This document shows positions 7,313 to 15,460 of a DNA stretch of 23,809 nucleotides, piece by piece. Both the position numbers and the translations under genes were made by a program. The DNA comes from a bacterium. Lineage in GTDB: Bacteria; Patescibacteriota; Minisyncoccia; Phycocordibacterales; Phycocordibacteraceae. The notes beneath the pieces are model-generated. The model worked only from the letters and a program-made list of their open reading frames with translations, was not told the DNA's origin and did no database searches. The stretch covers positions 1-23,809 of the forward strand of contig JAKAJJ010000003.1 in the NCBI GenBank assembly GCA_021813835.1, read 5' to 3'. Position 1 is the stretch's first letter. Every line of letters begins with the position of its first letter.

Positions 7313-9200
7313 CTATTGGACGATAGAATTAGCCGAGACGTATCCCGGGTCGGCCGGCGTTTCGGTCGTCGCCGGGGCGGCCGTCGCCGAGATCTGCGTG
7401 CCCGCAAAGCGGTCGTAGCCCGAGAAGGACGCGGCCCCGGTCAAGGCGGGCGCGCTGCCCTTCTGCGACGTCGACGGCGTAAAGGAGACCTGGAACGAAC
7501 CCTGCGCGCTTCCGCCCTGCGGGAAGTCGCCCGCATTCCACGTGACGGAGCGGGACGCGCCGTCGTAGGAGAAGGAGCCGGCGCCGGAGGTCTTTCCCGT
7601 ATAGGAAACGTAAGAAGGCAGGGTCGCCGTCATCGTGGCGCCGGCAAGAGCGCTTCCCAGGTCGCGCGCGCTCCAGACGACCGTATACGTCGTCGCCTGG
7701 TTGGCGCGCGGCGGAACGGGCCCCGTGTTCGCGAGCGTGCCCGACGCATGAAGGGCGGCGGCCGAAAGGACGACGGTGGTTTCCACTTTCGCGGTCTTCG
7801 TCACGGAGGCGTTCACCTGTTCCGGAACGTTCGCCTGCCCCACGCGCGTTCCCGACACCGAAATGGCGAAAGCGACGGAGGGCGACGCGGGAAGCGCATC
7901 CGCCGGCAGGGTCGAGAAGGTGAAGGTGCCGAGGCCCGTCGCGCCCGGGGGAAGCGACGCGAGCGACGGGTCGGTATCGCTGTCGAACACGACGGTATGC
8001 GTCGCGGACTGGTAGAAGCCGTTTGCCGTCTGGATGCTCGCGGGATCGACGGCGGAGCCCGAGACCGTCACGGCCACCGTCGCGTTCGTGACATTCGTCG
8101 CGAGCGTGTTGGCGTAGGAAAGAGTGACGGTCTGGAGGGAGCCGGGCGCGAGAACGAAGGTACCGGACGTGTCGCCGTTCACCGCAAGCGTCGTGCTGAT
8201 GAACGGCGCGGTTATCGTGACCGTCGCGTCCTGCGTCATATACGGCACCGCGATGGTCTGGTCGGACGGGCTGCTCGCCGTTCCCACGGTGAAATGGAAG
8301 ACGCGCTGTTCGTTGTCCTGTCCCGTGAGCGTGCCGGTAAGCGTGACGGTCTTCGTCGCGCCCGGGGGAAGCGTCCCGAGGAGAAACGCGGAATCGGAGA
8401 GCGGAAGCGAGGACGACGCGACCGAGAAGCCGAACGGGAATGCCGCGGAGAGGACGGCGTTCGCGAGCGGAACCGTCGCGTTGCTGCGAACGGTGAGCGC
8501 GAACGTGAGCGGCTTCCCGGACACGGCTTCGGAAAGCGAGTCGACCGAAAGGGAGAGCGGCGTCGAGGAAATGGCAAACGCGTAGGAGGTCTTCTTCACG
8601 AAGACGGCATTGCTGCCCGCCGTGCCGTAGGAAAGGGAAACCGGCATAGTAAGGGCTTGCCCCGCGGCGCCGAAAACGACCGCCTTCACCGAACGCATAA
8701 CGGTGGCGCCGGGCGCGATCTCGCCGAGATTCTCGGTATAGCGCGGATACGGCTGGAGCACGTTGTCGGCGCTCCGCGTGCCATCGGGGGAAATCGATCT
8801 CGAGCGTCGCGTTCTCGATGGCGACCGGATTCCGGTTCGTGATGGCGAGCGAGAGCGGGACGGTGTCGCCGCCGGCGATGGTCGTCGGCCCCTGGATGCC
8901 GATGTCGATCTTGTCGACCGAGACGGAGTTGCCGCCGAAGTAAAAGAAGTAGGCGGCGATGCCGAGCGCGACGAGGAAGAAGGCGAACGCGAACGCGAGG
9001 AAAAGCCCGGCGAGCCGCACATGGCGGTGGCCGAGGCGGGGGACGACGGGCGGCGGCGGCTTGTCGCCCCACTCATGCGGAACGGAACGCTCGTCGGCGC
9101 CGACGAGCGGTATGTCCATGGGGCGCGGCGCGGCATTCTGCGCATAGAGGCGCTCGCGGGCATGCTCAAGCGAGCTCACGTCGTCGGAGGAAGGGGGCAT
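7313..9200 (-). CDS. Membrane-anchored surface protein with several tandem beta-sandwich-like repeats, interrupted by a 1-nt frameshift at a G5/C5 run (8786-8790)
   Basis: The N-terminal part (from ATG 9200) is in the frame of tracked ORF 7329-9485. It reads MPPSSDDVSS...LAGLFLAFAFAFFLVALGIAAYFFYF (TM)...NRNPVAIENATLEIDFP. The remainder is in the frame of ORF 7313-9169 and reads DGTRSADNVLQPYPRYTENLGEIAPGATV... with recurring ..PPGAT..T.T.. modules. Outside these segments both frames translate to Arg/Ser/Pro-rich noise. Confidence 0.7.
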
Positions 9201-9222
9201 CGCGTACCAGTATACAAGAGTA

Positions 9223-9792
9223 TCAGAGGCCCGACGCGGCGATGCCGCGATTGACGCGGGCGACGTATGCGGCGCGTTCGCGCGCAACCTCCGCGAGCGC
9301 GCCCGGCGTGAAGGCGCCTGCGCCGGCCGGAGCATCCCCGCCGTCGAGACCGAGGACGCGAAGCATAAAGAGCGCCGCGAGCACTTCGGCGGCATCGTGA
9401 AGCTCGGGGGGAAGCGTCGAAAGCGCGTCGAAAAATCCATACAGGATGGGAAACAGGGCGGCATCGCGCTCCTCCCCCGCAACAAGCCGCAACAGGAGTC
9501 CGGAGAACCGCGCCGCGCGAATGCGCGGCGCGGCGGCGCGCATGCCCCGGAACCTGTTCTCGGCGAGAACGGCGCCGGCGACGCGCCATTCTTCTTTCCC
9601 CCGCACGAGGACGAGGTCGCTCTCGGCGAACGTCGCGAGCGCGGCGGCGAGCTTCGCCCCCGGGCGGCGCAGGCCCTGCGCCCGCGCGCGCACGAGGCCG
9701 AGGTCGGCGGTGAGAAGCGCGAGGAGGACGTTCGCTTCGCCGAGCGGGGAACGGAAAAGCACGATGCCCCGCGTTTCGTACTTATGTCTCAC
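9223..9792 (-). CDS. recO: DNA repair protein RecO (short form)
   Basis: ETRGIVLFRSPLGEANVLLALLTADLGLVRARAQGLRRPGAKL is a RecO-type OB-fold N-terminus. The GTG start overlaps the ileS stop by 11 nt. Confidence 0.7.
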   Translation of the reverse strand: MRHKYETRGIVLFRSPLGEANVLLALLTADLGLVRARAQGLRRPGAKLAAALATFAESDLVLVRGKEEWRVAGAVLAENRFRGMRAAAPRIRAARFSGLLLRLVAGEERDAALFPILYGFFDALSTLPPELHDAAEVLAALFMLRVLGLDGGDAPAGAGAFTPGALAEVARERAAYVARVNRGIAASGL

Positions 9793-12700
9793 GGACGATG
9801 TCGAACCGCGCCGAACCGGTTGAGAGTTCGACCGCGTACTTCCCTTCCAGACGCATTTCGGGATGCACGACGTCCTTCGGCGAAAGATTTTCGCTCTTGC
9901 GCGCCTCGGCGACCGCGCGCGCGAGTTCGCGCGCGTCGCCCTCCCCCACGAGTTCCGGCGTGAGCGCCGTGTCGAGCGCGAGCGCGCTCGCGCGCGTCTC
10001 GACGCGCTTCACGTTCACCTCCTCGGCGAGGATCTGCGCGAGTTCGGCGGGAAGGTCGTCCGGGACCGAGAGCTTCGCGAGCGGCTGGCGCACCTTGATG
10101 CCTGCTTTCTGGCGCACCTCATGCGCCTCCGACGCGAGCGCGCGCACGCGCTCCATATCCGACAGGAGCTTCGTGTCGACGCCGCGCTTCCGGAATGCGA
10201 ACGTCCAGGCGCGGCCCCACGACGGCCACTCGGCCAAGTGCACGCTTTCCGGATCGTCCGCGGCGCGAACCGCCTGGAATACTTCTTCCGCGAGAAATGG
10301 CGTTGCTGGAGCCATAATGAGCGCAAACGTGTAAAGCACGTGCCGAAGCGTCGCAAGCGCCGCGCGTCTGTCAGCACTGCCCTCCTTGAACCGATCGCGC
10401 GAACGGCGCACGTACCACGCGGAGAGGTCGTCAATGAACGGCACGAGCGGCCGGGATGCAGAATTGAGTTCGTACGTCTCATATCCTTTCGTCGTCTCCG
10501 CGACAAGCGCATCGAGGCGCGCGAGTATCCAGCGATCAAGCGCATTGGTGCTCGTGCGCGCTCCCGGCGTGCCGTCGTTATGCAGTTCGTAGAACGCGCG
10601 CACGTTCCGGAGACGTCCGATATTCTTCTTCGCAACCTCATCCACGCCGCTTTCCGAGAACGCCAGGTTCTCCGCCTGTACGACAGGCGATAAGAGGAGA
10701 TAGAGGCGGAGCGCATCGGCACCGTGCTGTTCAACGATATGCATCGGATCCGGGTAGTTCTGGAGTCGCTTTGACATTTTCTTCCCGTCTTCGGCGAGCA
10801 CAATGCCGTTCACAATGACATTCTGAAAGGCGTTTTTGTGAAAGAGCGCGCCCGCGAGTACGTGGAGATAGTAGAACCACGCGCGCGTCTGGTCGATGCC
10901 CTCCGCAATGAACTGAGCCGGGTAGGTCTTCTCGAACCGCTTCCTGTTCTCGAACGGATAATGTACCTGAGCGTACGGCATCGAACCCGAGTCGAACCAG
11001 GTATCGAGCACGTCGGGAACGCGTAGGAGCGGTTCGCCTTTCTCGTTCACGAATTCCATCTCGTCGATGTACGGCAAGTGCAAATCGAGCTCGTAGTTTT
11101 CATTGTGCGGGAGCGGAACGAAATCGAGCGGGTGCACCGCGCCTGTTTTGAAATCGGACGTGCGCGCGACCTCCGCGATGACGCGCTTGTCGCCGCCCCG
11201 CGCGAGAGTCGCGAGCGATTCGAGGCCGATGCTGTGCGTCACGATGAGGATGCGCTTCCCCGAAACCGACGATTCGAGATCATAGATGAACGAGCCGAAG
11301 CGGCGCTTCACGTCGGCATAGCTTTCTCCGCCCGGAAAGGATTCCGTGAAGTCCGGAGCGCGCGTATCGCGATACGCGACGAATTCCGAAAATGGCTTTC
11401 CGGAGAGTTCGCCGAAATCGAGCTCGCGCAGGCGGTCGTCGTAGACGACCGCCTGCGGCGGGATGCCGAGCGCGTCCGCCACGAGTTCCGCCGTTTCCCG
11501 CGTGCGCAGGAACGGCGACGCGTAAATGGCGTCGATGCCGGCGCGGGCGAGTTTCCGGGCGGTCGTGCGCACTTCCTCCCTCCCCCGCTCGGTGAGGTTA
11601 TTGCTCGTCGGGTCGGAACTCACGATATTTTTCACGTTCTTCTCGCTCTCGCCGTGCCGCATCATAAAATACGCGTTCCCGGACTTCTTCGTATGCCGCT
11701 TGAGCTCGTCCACCGAACCGATGACCGTGAGATTTCCCTTCCCATCCTTCCAGATGGGAATGGCGCTCGCCCAGAACCGCTGGCGGGAGATTGACCAGTC
11801 GCGCGCGCCGTCAAGCCAATTCCCCCACCGGCCCTCTTTGATGTGCGCAGGCGACCACGAGATGCGTTTCGCATTCTCGATAAGGTTTCCCTTTATCTTC
11901 GTCACCGCCACGAACCACGACGAGGTTGCGTAGTTGAGGAGCGGCGTCTCGCAGCGCCAGCAGTGCGGGTACGCGTGCGTGATGTTCTCCTTCGCGAAAA
12001 GCAAGCCGTGTTCCTGCAGGTACTTGAGTACCGCGATATCCGTCCCGAGGCGGACAGCATCATCGTCCGAGCGCGGCTTCACTTCCCTGCCGGCGAAGGC
12101 GGTCACCTCCGGTTTCATCGTGCCGTCTCCATTCACGTGCTGCACGAACGGCAAGTCATATTTCTTGAGCAGTTCCCAGTCGTCCGCGCCGAACGCCGGC
12201 GCTTCATGCGCGATGCCGGTACCGTCCTCTGCCGTCACGAAATCCGCCGCGTACACTTTCCAGCCGTTCTTGCGATTCTTGAGCGACGGGTCATTCGCGT
12301 AATAGTCGAAGAGCGGCTCGTATTCGAGACCGACGAGGTCGACACCCTTCACCCGTTTTTCGATTGTGTGTTCAAGTACTGGTCCGAGATATCTTTCAAC
12401 GGAGATAGTTTTCGATATCTCGGTTTCTCGAGAGACAACGTACTCGATATCCTTTCCTACCGCGAGCGCGACGTTCCCGGGCAACGTCCACGGCGTCGTC
12501 GTCCACGCGAGCAGATATACGTCACCCGAGAGGCCGATCTTCTCCGGATGCTTCAGCTTGAATTTCACCGTCACCGCAATGTCCTTCACGTCCTTATATC
12601 CCTCCGCGACCTCTTGCTGAGATAATGTCGTTTCGCAGCGCGGGCAGATATGCATCGAGCGGTAGTCCTCGTACACGAGCCCTTTGTCGTAGACCTGCTT

Positions 12701-13177
12701 GAACACCCACCACACGCTTTCCATAAATGACGCGTCCATCGTACGATACGCGTGCTCCATATCGACGAAGCGGCCGATGCGCGGGATGAACGTCTTCCAG
12801 TAATCGACGTACTCGAGCACCTTGCTCCGGCATTGTTCGTTGAATTTCTCGATGCCGTAATCCTCGATGTCTTTTTTGTGCTTGAAACCGAGCTCCTTTT
12901 CGACGATGTTCTCGATCGGGAGGCCGTGCGTGTCCCACCCCCAGATGCGCGGCACGCGGTATCCGCGCATCGTCCAGAACCGCGGCACGACATCCTTGAT
13001 GACGCTCGCGACGATGTGGCCGTAGTGGGGCGTGCCGGTGGCGAAGGGCGGCCCGTCATAAAAAACGTATTCACCCTTCGGCGCCGGCTTTGCGAGCGTT
13101 TTTTCGAAGATTTTCTCGCGCTTCCAAAAGGCGAGCACCTCCTCCTCGCGCTTCGCGGCCTCCGACTTCTCTGCCAT
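9782..13177 (-). CDS. ileS: Isoleucyl-tRNA synthetase (eukaryote-like / type-2 architecture) carrying an internal histidine-phosphatase domain
   Basis: FYDGPPFATGTPHYGH (HIGH-type motif), WSISRQRFWASAIPIW, DTWFDSGSMPYA, FIAEGIDQTRAWFY and KKMSKR are all present. There is no Cys-rich C-terminal Zn domain. Residues about 501-690 (nt 11108-11677) form a PGAM-like domain; see findings. Confidence 0.95.
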   Translation of the reverse strand: MAEKSEAAKREEEVLAFWKREKIFEKTLAKPAPKGEYVFYDGPPFATGTPHYGHIVASVIKDVVPRFWTMRGYRVPRIWGWDTHGLPIENIVEKELGFKHKKDIEDYGIEKFNEQCRSKVLEYVDYWKTFIPRIGRFVDMEHAYRTMDASFMESVWWVFKQVYDKGLVYEDYRSMHICPRCETTLSQQEVAEGYKDVKDIAVTVKFKLKHPEKIGLSGDVYLLAWTTTPWTLPGNVALAVGKDIEYVVSRETEISKTISVERYLGPVLEHTIEKRVKGVDLVGLEYEPLFDYYANDPSLKNRKNGWKVYAADFVTAEDGTGIAHEAPAFGADDWELLKKYDLPFVQHVNGDGTMKPEVTAFAGREVKPRSDDDAVRLGTDIAVLKYLQEHGLLFAKENITHAYPHCWRCETPLLNYATSSWFVAVTKIKGNLIENAKRISWSPAHIKEGRWGNWLDGARDWSISRQRFWASAIPIWKDGKGNLTVIGSVDELKRHTKKSGNAYFMMRHGESEKNVKNIVSSDPTSNNLTERGREEVRTTARKLARAGIDAIYASPFLRTRETAELVADALGIPPQAVVYDDRLRELDFGELSGKPFSEFVAYRDTRAPDFTESFPGGESYADVKRRFGSFIYDLESSVSGKRILIVTHSIGLESLATLARGGDKRVIAEVARTSDFKTGAVHPLDFVPLPHNENYELDLHLPYIDEMEFVNEKGEPLLRVPDVLDTWFDSGSMPYAQVHYPFENRKRFEKTYPAQFIAEGIDQTRAWFYYLHVLAGALFHKNAFQNVIVNGIVLAEDGKKMSKRLQNYPDPMHIVEQHGADALRLYLLLSPVVQAENLAFSESGVDEVAKKNIGRLRNVRAFYELHNDGTPGARTSTNALDRWILARLDALVAETTKGYETYELNSASRPLVPFIDDLSAWYVRRSRDRFKEGSADRRAALATLRHVLYTFALIMAPATPFLAEEVFQAVRAADDPESVHLAEWPSWGRAWTFAFRKRGVDTKLLSDMERVRALASEAHEVRQKAGIKVRQPLAKLSVPDDLPAELAQILAEEVNVKRVETRASALALDTALTPELVGEGDARELARAVAEARKSENLSPKDVVHPEMRLEGKYAVELSTGSARFDIVRET

Positions 13178-13202
13178 ATCCGCCTATCCTAGTACATTTC
13201 CC

Positions 13203-14876
13203 TCACATTTTCTCGGGCGCGGGGATGCCGAGGAGCCGGAGACCGTTGGCGAGCGTGTGCGCGAGCGCGCGGGTGAGCCGCTGCTTGTACGCTTCTTCGG
13301 GAGAGCCGAGAACCTGCTCCTTCGCGTAAAACGCGTTCCATTCTCCCGCGAGTTCGGTGAGGTACGTGACGAGGAGGTTCGGCGCGCACTCGCGCGCCGC
13401 GCGCGCGGCTACTTCCGGATAGTGGACGAGGAGCCGCTCGACGGCGTACGGCGCGGCCGGTTCATCCGTACCGTTCCCCTCGCCTCCTCCGTACGCGAGG
13501 ATCTTCTTCGCGCGCACGAGCGCGTACTGCAGATAGGGCCCTGAGTCGCCCGCAAGCGACAGCGATTTCTCCGGATCGAAGATGATGTCCTGCCCGGGCG
13601 CCTGCCGCAGGATCATATATTTGACGGCGCCCACGGCGACCTGCTCGGCGATGAGCGGATCAGGATTCTTCTCGCGCACGAGATGCGTCACGTCCTCGAG
13701 AAAACCGGCCGCCGTAATGACGTTCCCCGCGCGCGAGGACATCTTGCCGCTCGCGAGCCGGAGGAAGCCATGCGCGACGTGCCGCGTTTTCGCGGCGATG
13801 AGCGGCGCGAGCTCCCCGAGCGCCGCAAGCACCGTCTTGAAGCGGCCCGTCTGCTCGCTGCCGGTCACGATGACGACGCGGCTGTTCGGCCAGCGCTCTT
13901 CCTTGAGGAACGCGAGGCCGATGTCCTTCGCCTCGTAGGTCGGCGTGCCGTGGCCCGTGATGAACACCATCGTGTGCACGCCCTTCGCCGTCCCGTCGTA
14001 AATCACCGCGCCGCCGCTCTCCTTGAAGATGCCTTTCGCGAGGCCGTCTTTGACGATGCGCAGGCCGCTCCCGACCGTGTCGCTGTCGAAAAACGTGAAA
14101 TCGAACTTCGTGCCGAATATGCGCCAGAGACGCCCGAACTCCTCCATCGAAACATCGCGGCCTTTGCGCCAGAGCGCCATAAGGGCGCGATCCTCTCCCC
14201 GATAGAGCTCTTGGTTGAGCGCGTCGATTTCCTGTTTCGCCTGCGGATCGTCCTCGTACGCGCGGGAGCCCTCGGCGTACGCTTCGCCGATCTCTTTCGC
14301 GCTCTCGGGCTCGGCGACGCCGCGCCGGCGGAGCGCCCAGAGCGCCTTCGCCACGTGCGGTCCGACGTCGCCGCCGAAGGTATCGCGGGCGACGGCGGCG
14401 CCGGCGTTCTCGGCGAGGCGCGACAGCGCCTCGCCGATGACGGAACCCATCAGATGCCCGAGGTGCATCTCCTTGAACGGGTTGGGGTTGCCGTATTCGG
14501 CGAAAACGCGCTGCCCTTCTTCGGCACTCCCCTTTCCCCACTCCTCGCCCTTCGCGTCCGCCTCGGCGACGAGCGCCGCGACCGCATCCCCGGAGAGCGC
14601 GATGTTGACGAACCCGGGCCCGGCGACGTCCGTCCGCTCGACCGATTCGCCGAGCGAACGCGCGAGGTGGCGCGCGAGTTCGTCCGCGAGTTCGCGCGGA
14701 TTCTTCCCGAGCACTTTTGCCGCTGCGAGCGCGGCATTTGTCGCATAATCCCCGTGCGCGGGGTCGCTCGGCCGTTCAACCGCAAACGCAATATCCGGCG
14801 CGCCCGCCTCTTCCAGCGCCTCGCCGACCGCTTTTCGGATCCGCTCCTCCATGGGGAAAAGTATACCAGTCCGCAT
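13203..14876 (-). CDS. argS: Arginyl-tRNA synthetase
   Basis: Length is 557 aa. The signature FAEYGNPNPFKEMHLGHLMGSVIGEAL is present, along with a DALR-type C-terminal domain ending ...LLGIPAPEKM. The likely true start is ATG 14852 (MEERIRK...), which has TGGTATACT 7 nt upstream. ATG 14876 lies inside a hairpin. Confidence 0.95.
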   Translation of the reverse strand: MRTGILFPMEERIRKAVGEALEEAGAPDIAFAVERPSDPAHGDYATNAALAAAKVLGKNPRELADELARHLARSLGESVERTDVAGPGFVNIALSGDAVAALVAEADAKGEEWGKGSAEEGQRVFAEYGNPNPFKEMHLGHLMGSVIGEALSRLAENAGAAVARDTFGGDVGPHVAKALWALRRRGVAEPESAKEIGEAYAEGSRAYEDDPQAKQEIDALNQELYRGEDRALMALWRKGRDVSMEEFGRLWRIFGTKFDFTFFDSDTVGSGLRIVKDGLAKGIFKESGGAVIYDGTAKGVHTMVFITGHGTPTYEAKDIGLAFLKEERWPNSRVVIVTGSEQTGRFKTVLAALGELAPLIAAKTRHVAHGFLRLASGKMSSRAGNVITAAGFLEDVTHLVREKNPDPLIAEQVAVGAVKYMILRQAPGQDIIFDPEKSLSLAGDSGPYLQYALVRAKKILAYGGGEGNGTDEPAAPYAVERLLVHYPEVAARAARECAPNLLVTYLTELAGEWNAFYAKEQVLGSPEEAYKQRLTRALAHTLANGLRLLGIPAPEKM

Positions 14877-14900
14877 TCATCTCATGCGGGAACGATTAAA

Positions 14901-14920
14901 GGGTATGATATATCATACCC
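14901..14920. promoter_or_regulatory. Perfect 20-bp palindrome GGGTATGATATATCATACCC (candidate operator or bidirectional -10 element) upstream of argS
   Basis: The sequence is its own reverse complement. It overlaps the stop codon of the TrpR-like gene and lies about 35 nt upstream of the argS -10-like hexamer. A 17/20 matching copy lies at 15375-15394. Confidence 0.5.
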
Positions 14921-15347
14921 TCGGCCCGGATAGTGATTTGCCGAGGAACTTCCAACGACCCTTGCCGGCGCGCGGCGGCATACCGAAATGAATGACACGG
15001 ATGAGCTCATCCACGAATGCCTCTTTTTTGAAATGTCTTGTATGGTCGCGCGCATAGCGGGCTATCTCGTCGTACTTCCCCGCCTTCATATCCTTCCAAA
15101 TGCGCACCGCGGTCTGCCGCGAGATCCCAAGCGCGTCTTCGATCTGCGTAAATGAATATCCACGAACCAAAAGGACGACGCTGGCGAGGCGCTTTGCGAG
15201 CATGACCCGCTCAGTCTGAGAGAGGAGCTCGTTCGCCAGAATACGCGCCTCGCCTTTGGTGCGCGCAAGAGATAGGAATATCAGGAATTGATCCGCGAGC
15301 TCTGTCGCGACTTCCTTCTTTATTTTCTTTTTTGAGATATGGGGCAT
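14913..15347 (-). CDS. TrpR/YerC-like helix-turn-helix regulator
   Basis: ELLSQTERVMLAKRLASVVLLVRGYSFTQIEDALGISRQTAVRIWKDMK fits the Trp-repressor-family pattern (T..E...L..R......LL.G.S...I...LG.S..T..R). G+C is lower than in the neighbouring genes. Confidence 0.6.
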   Translation of the reverse strand: MPHISKKKIKKEVATELADQFLIFLSLARTKGEARILANELLSQTERVMLAKRLASVVLLVRGYSFTQIEDALGISRQTAVRIWKDMKAGKYDEIARYARDHTRHFKKEAFVDELIRVIHFGMPPRAGKGRWKFLGKSLSGPRV

Positions 15348-15374
15348 GTACGTGTGGTTAAGAATGTACGATGC

Positions 15375-15394
15375 TGGTGTGATATATCATACCA
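15375..15394. promoter_or_regulatory. Second copy of the palindromic site (TGGTGTGATATATCATACCA) in the promoter region of the TrpR-like gene
   Basis: 17 of 20 positions are identical to 14901-14920, with a shared core GGT(A/G)TGATATATCATACC. It lies 28-47 nt upstream of ATG 15347. Confidence 0.45.
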
Positions 15395-15460
15395 TTATTC
15401 CGACCCCGGGCGAGCGCATGCGAAACTAAAAAATACCGCGTTCCGGCGGAGGCATCGGGG

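Noticed and set aside
7295-8842. Long alternative-frame or antisense ORFs throughout the high-G+C regions. Examples: 7295-8842(+), 3067-3936(-), 4321-5394(-), 1811-2410(-), 13683-14933(+), 15485-16777(+), 16759-17874(+), 20687-21541(+), 21823-22773(+).
   Set aside because: Their translations are Arg/Gly/Pro/Ala-rich low-complexity strings with no recognisable motifs. Each lies opposite or out of frame with a gene that has clear family signatures. Open frames like this are expected by chance at this G+C.
9201-9485. The upstream 95 codons of the 718-aa ORF 7329-9485, which would extend the surface protein across recO.
   Set aside because: That part overlaps the well-supported recO gene in another frame and translates as Arg/Ser-rich noise. 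The sensible protein starts at ATG 9200, which has a TATACT hexamer 8 nt upstream.
11108-11680. Whether the ileS insertion could be an intein or a mobile intervening sequence.
   Set aside because: There is no Cys/Ser/Thr at the N-terminal junction followed by block A/B motifs, no terminal His-Asn, and no homing-endonuclease motifs. The segment instead reads as a complete histidine-phosphatase fold, so I treat it as a domain insertion.
12384-12423. A 10-bp perfect inverted repeat, CCGAGATATC...GATATCTCGG, with a 20-nt spacer inside ileS.
   Set aside because: It lies within the coding sequence of the editing-domain region, with no associated boundary or composition change. It is most likely coincidental mRNA structure.
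15400-15460. A possible intrinsic terminator after glyA (minus strand CCGC-CGGAAC-GCGG followed by TATTTTTT).
   Set aside because: The stem is only 4 bp, which is too weak to call, even though the T-run is suggestive.
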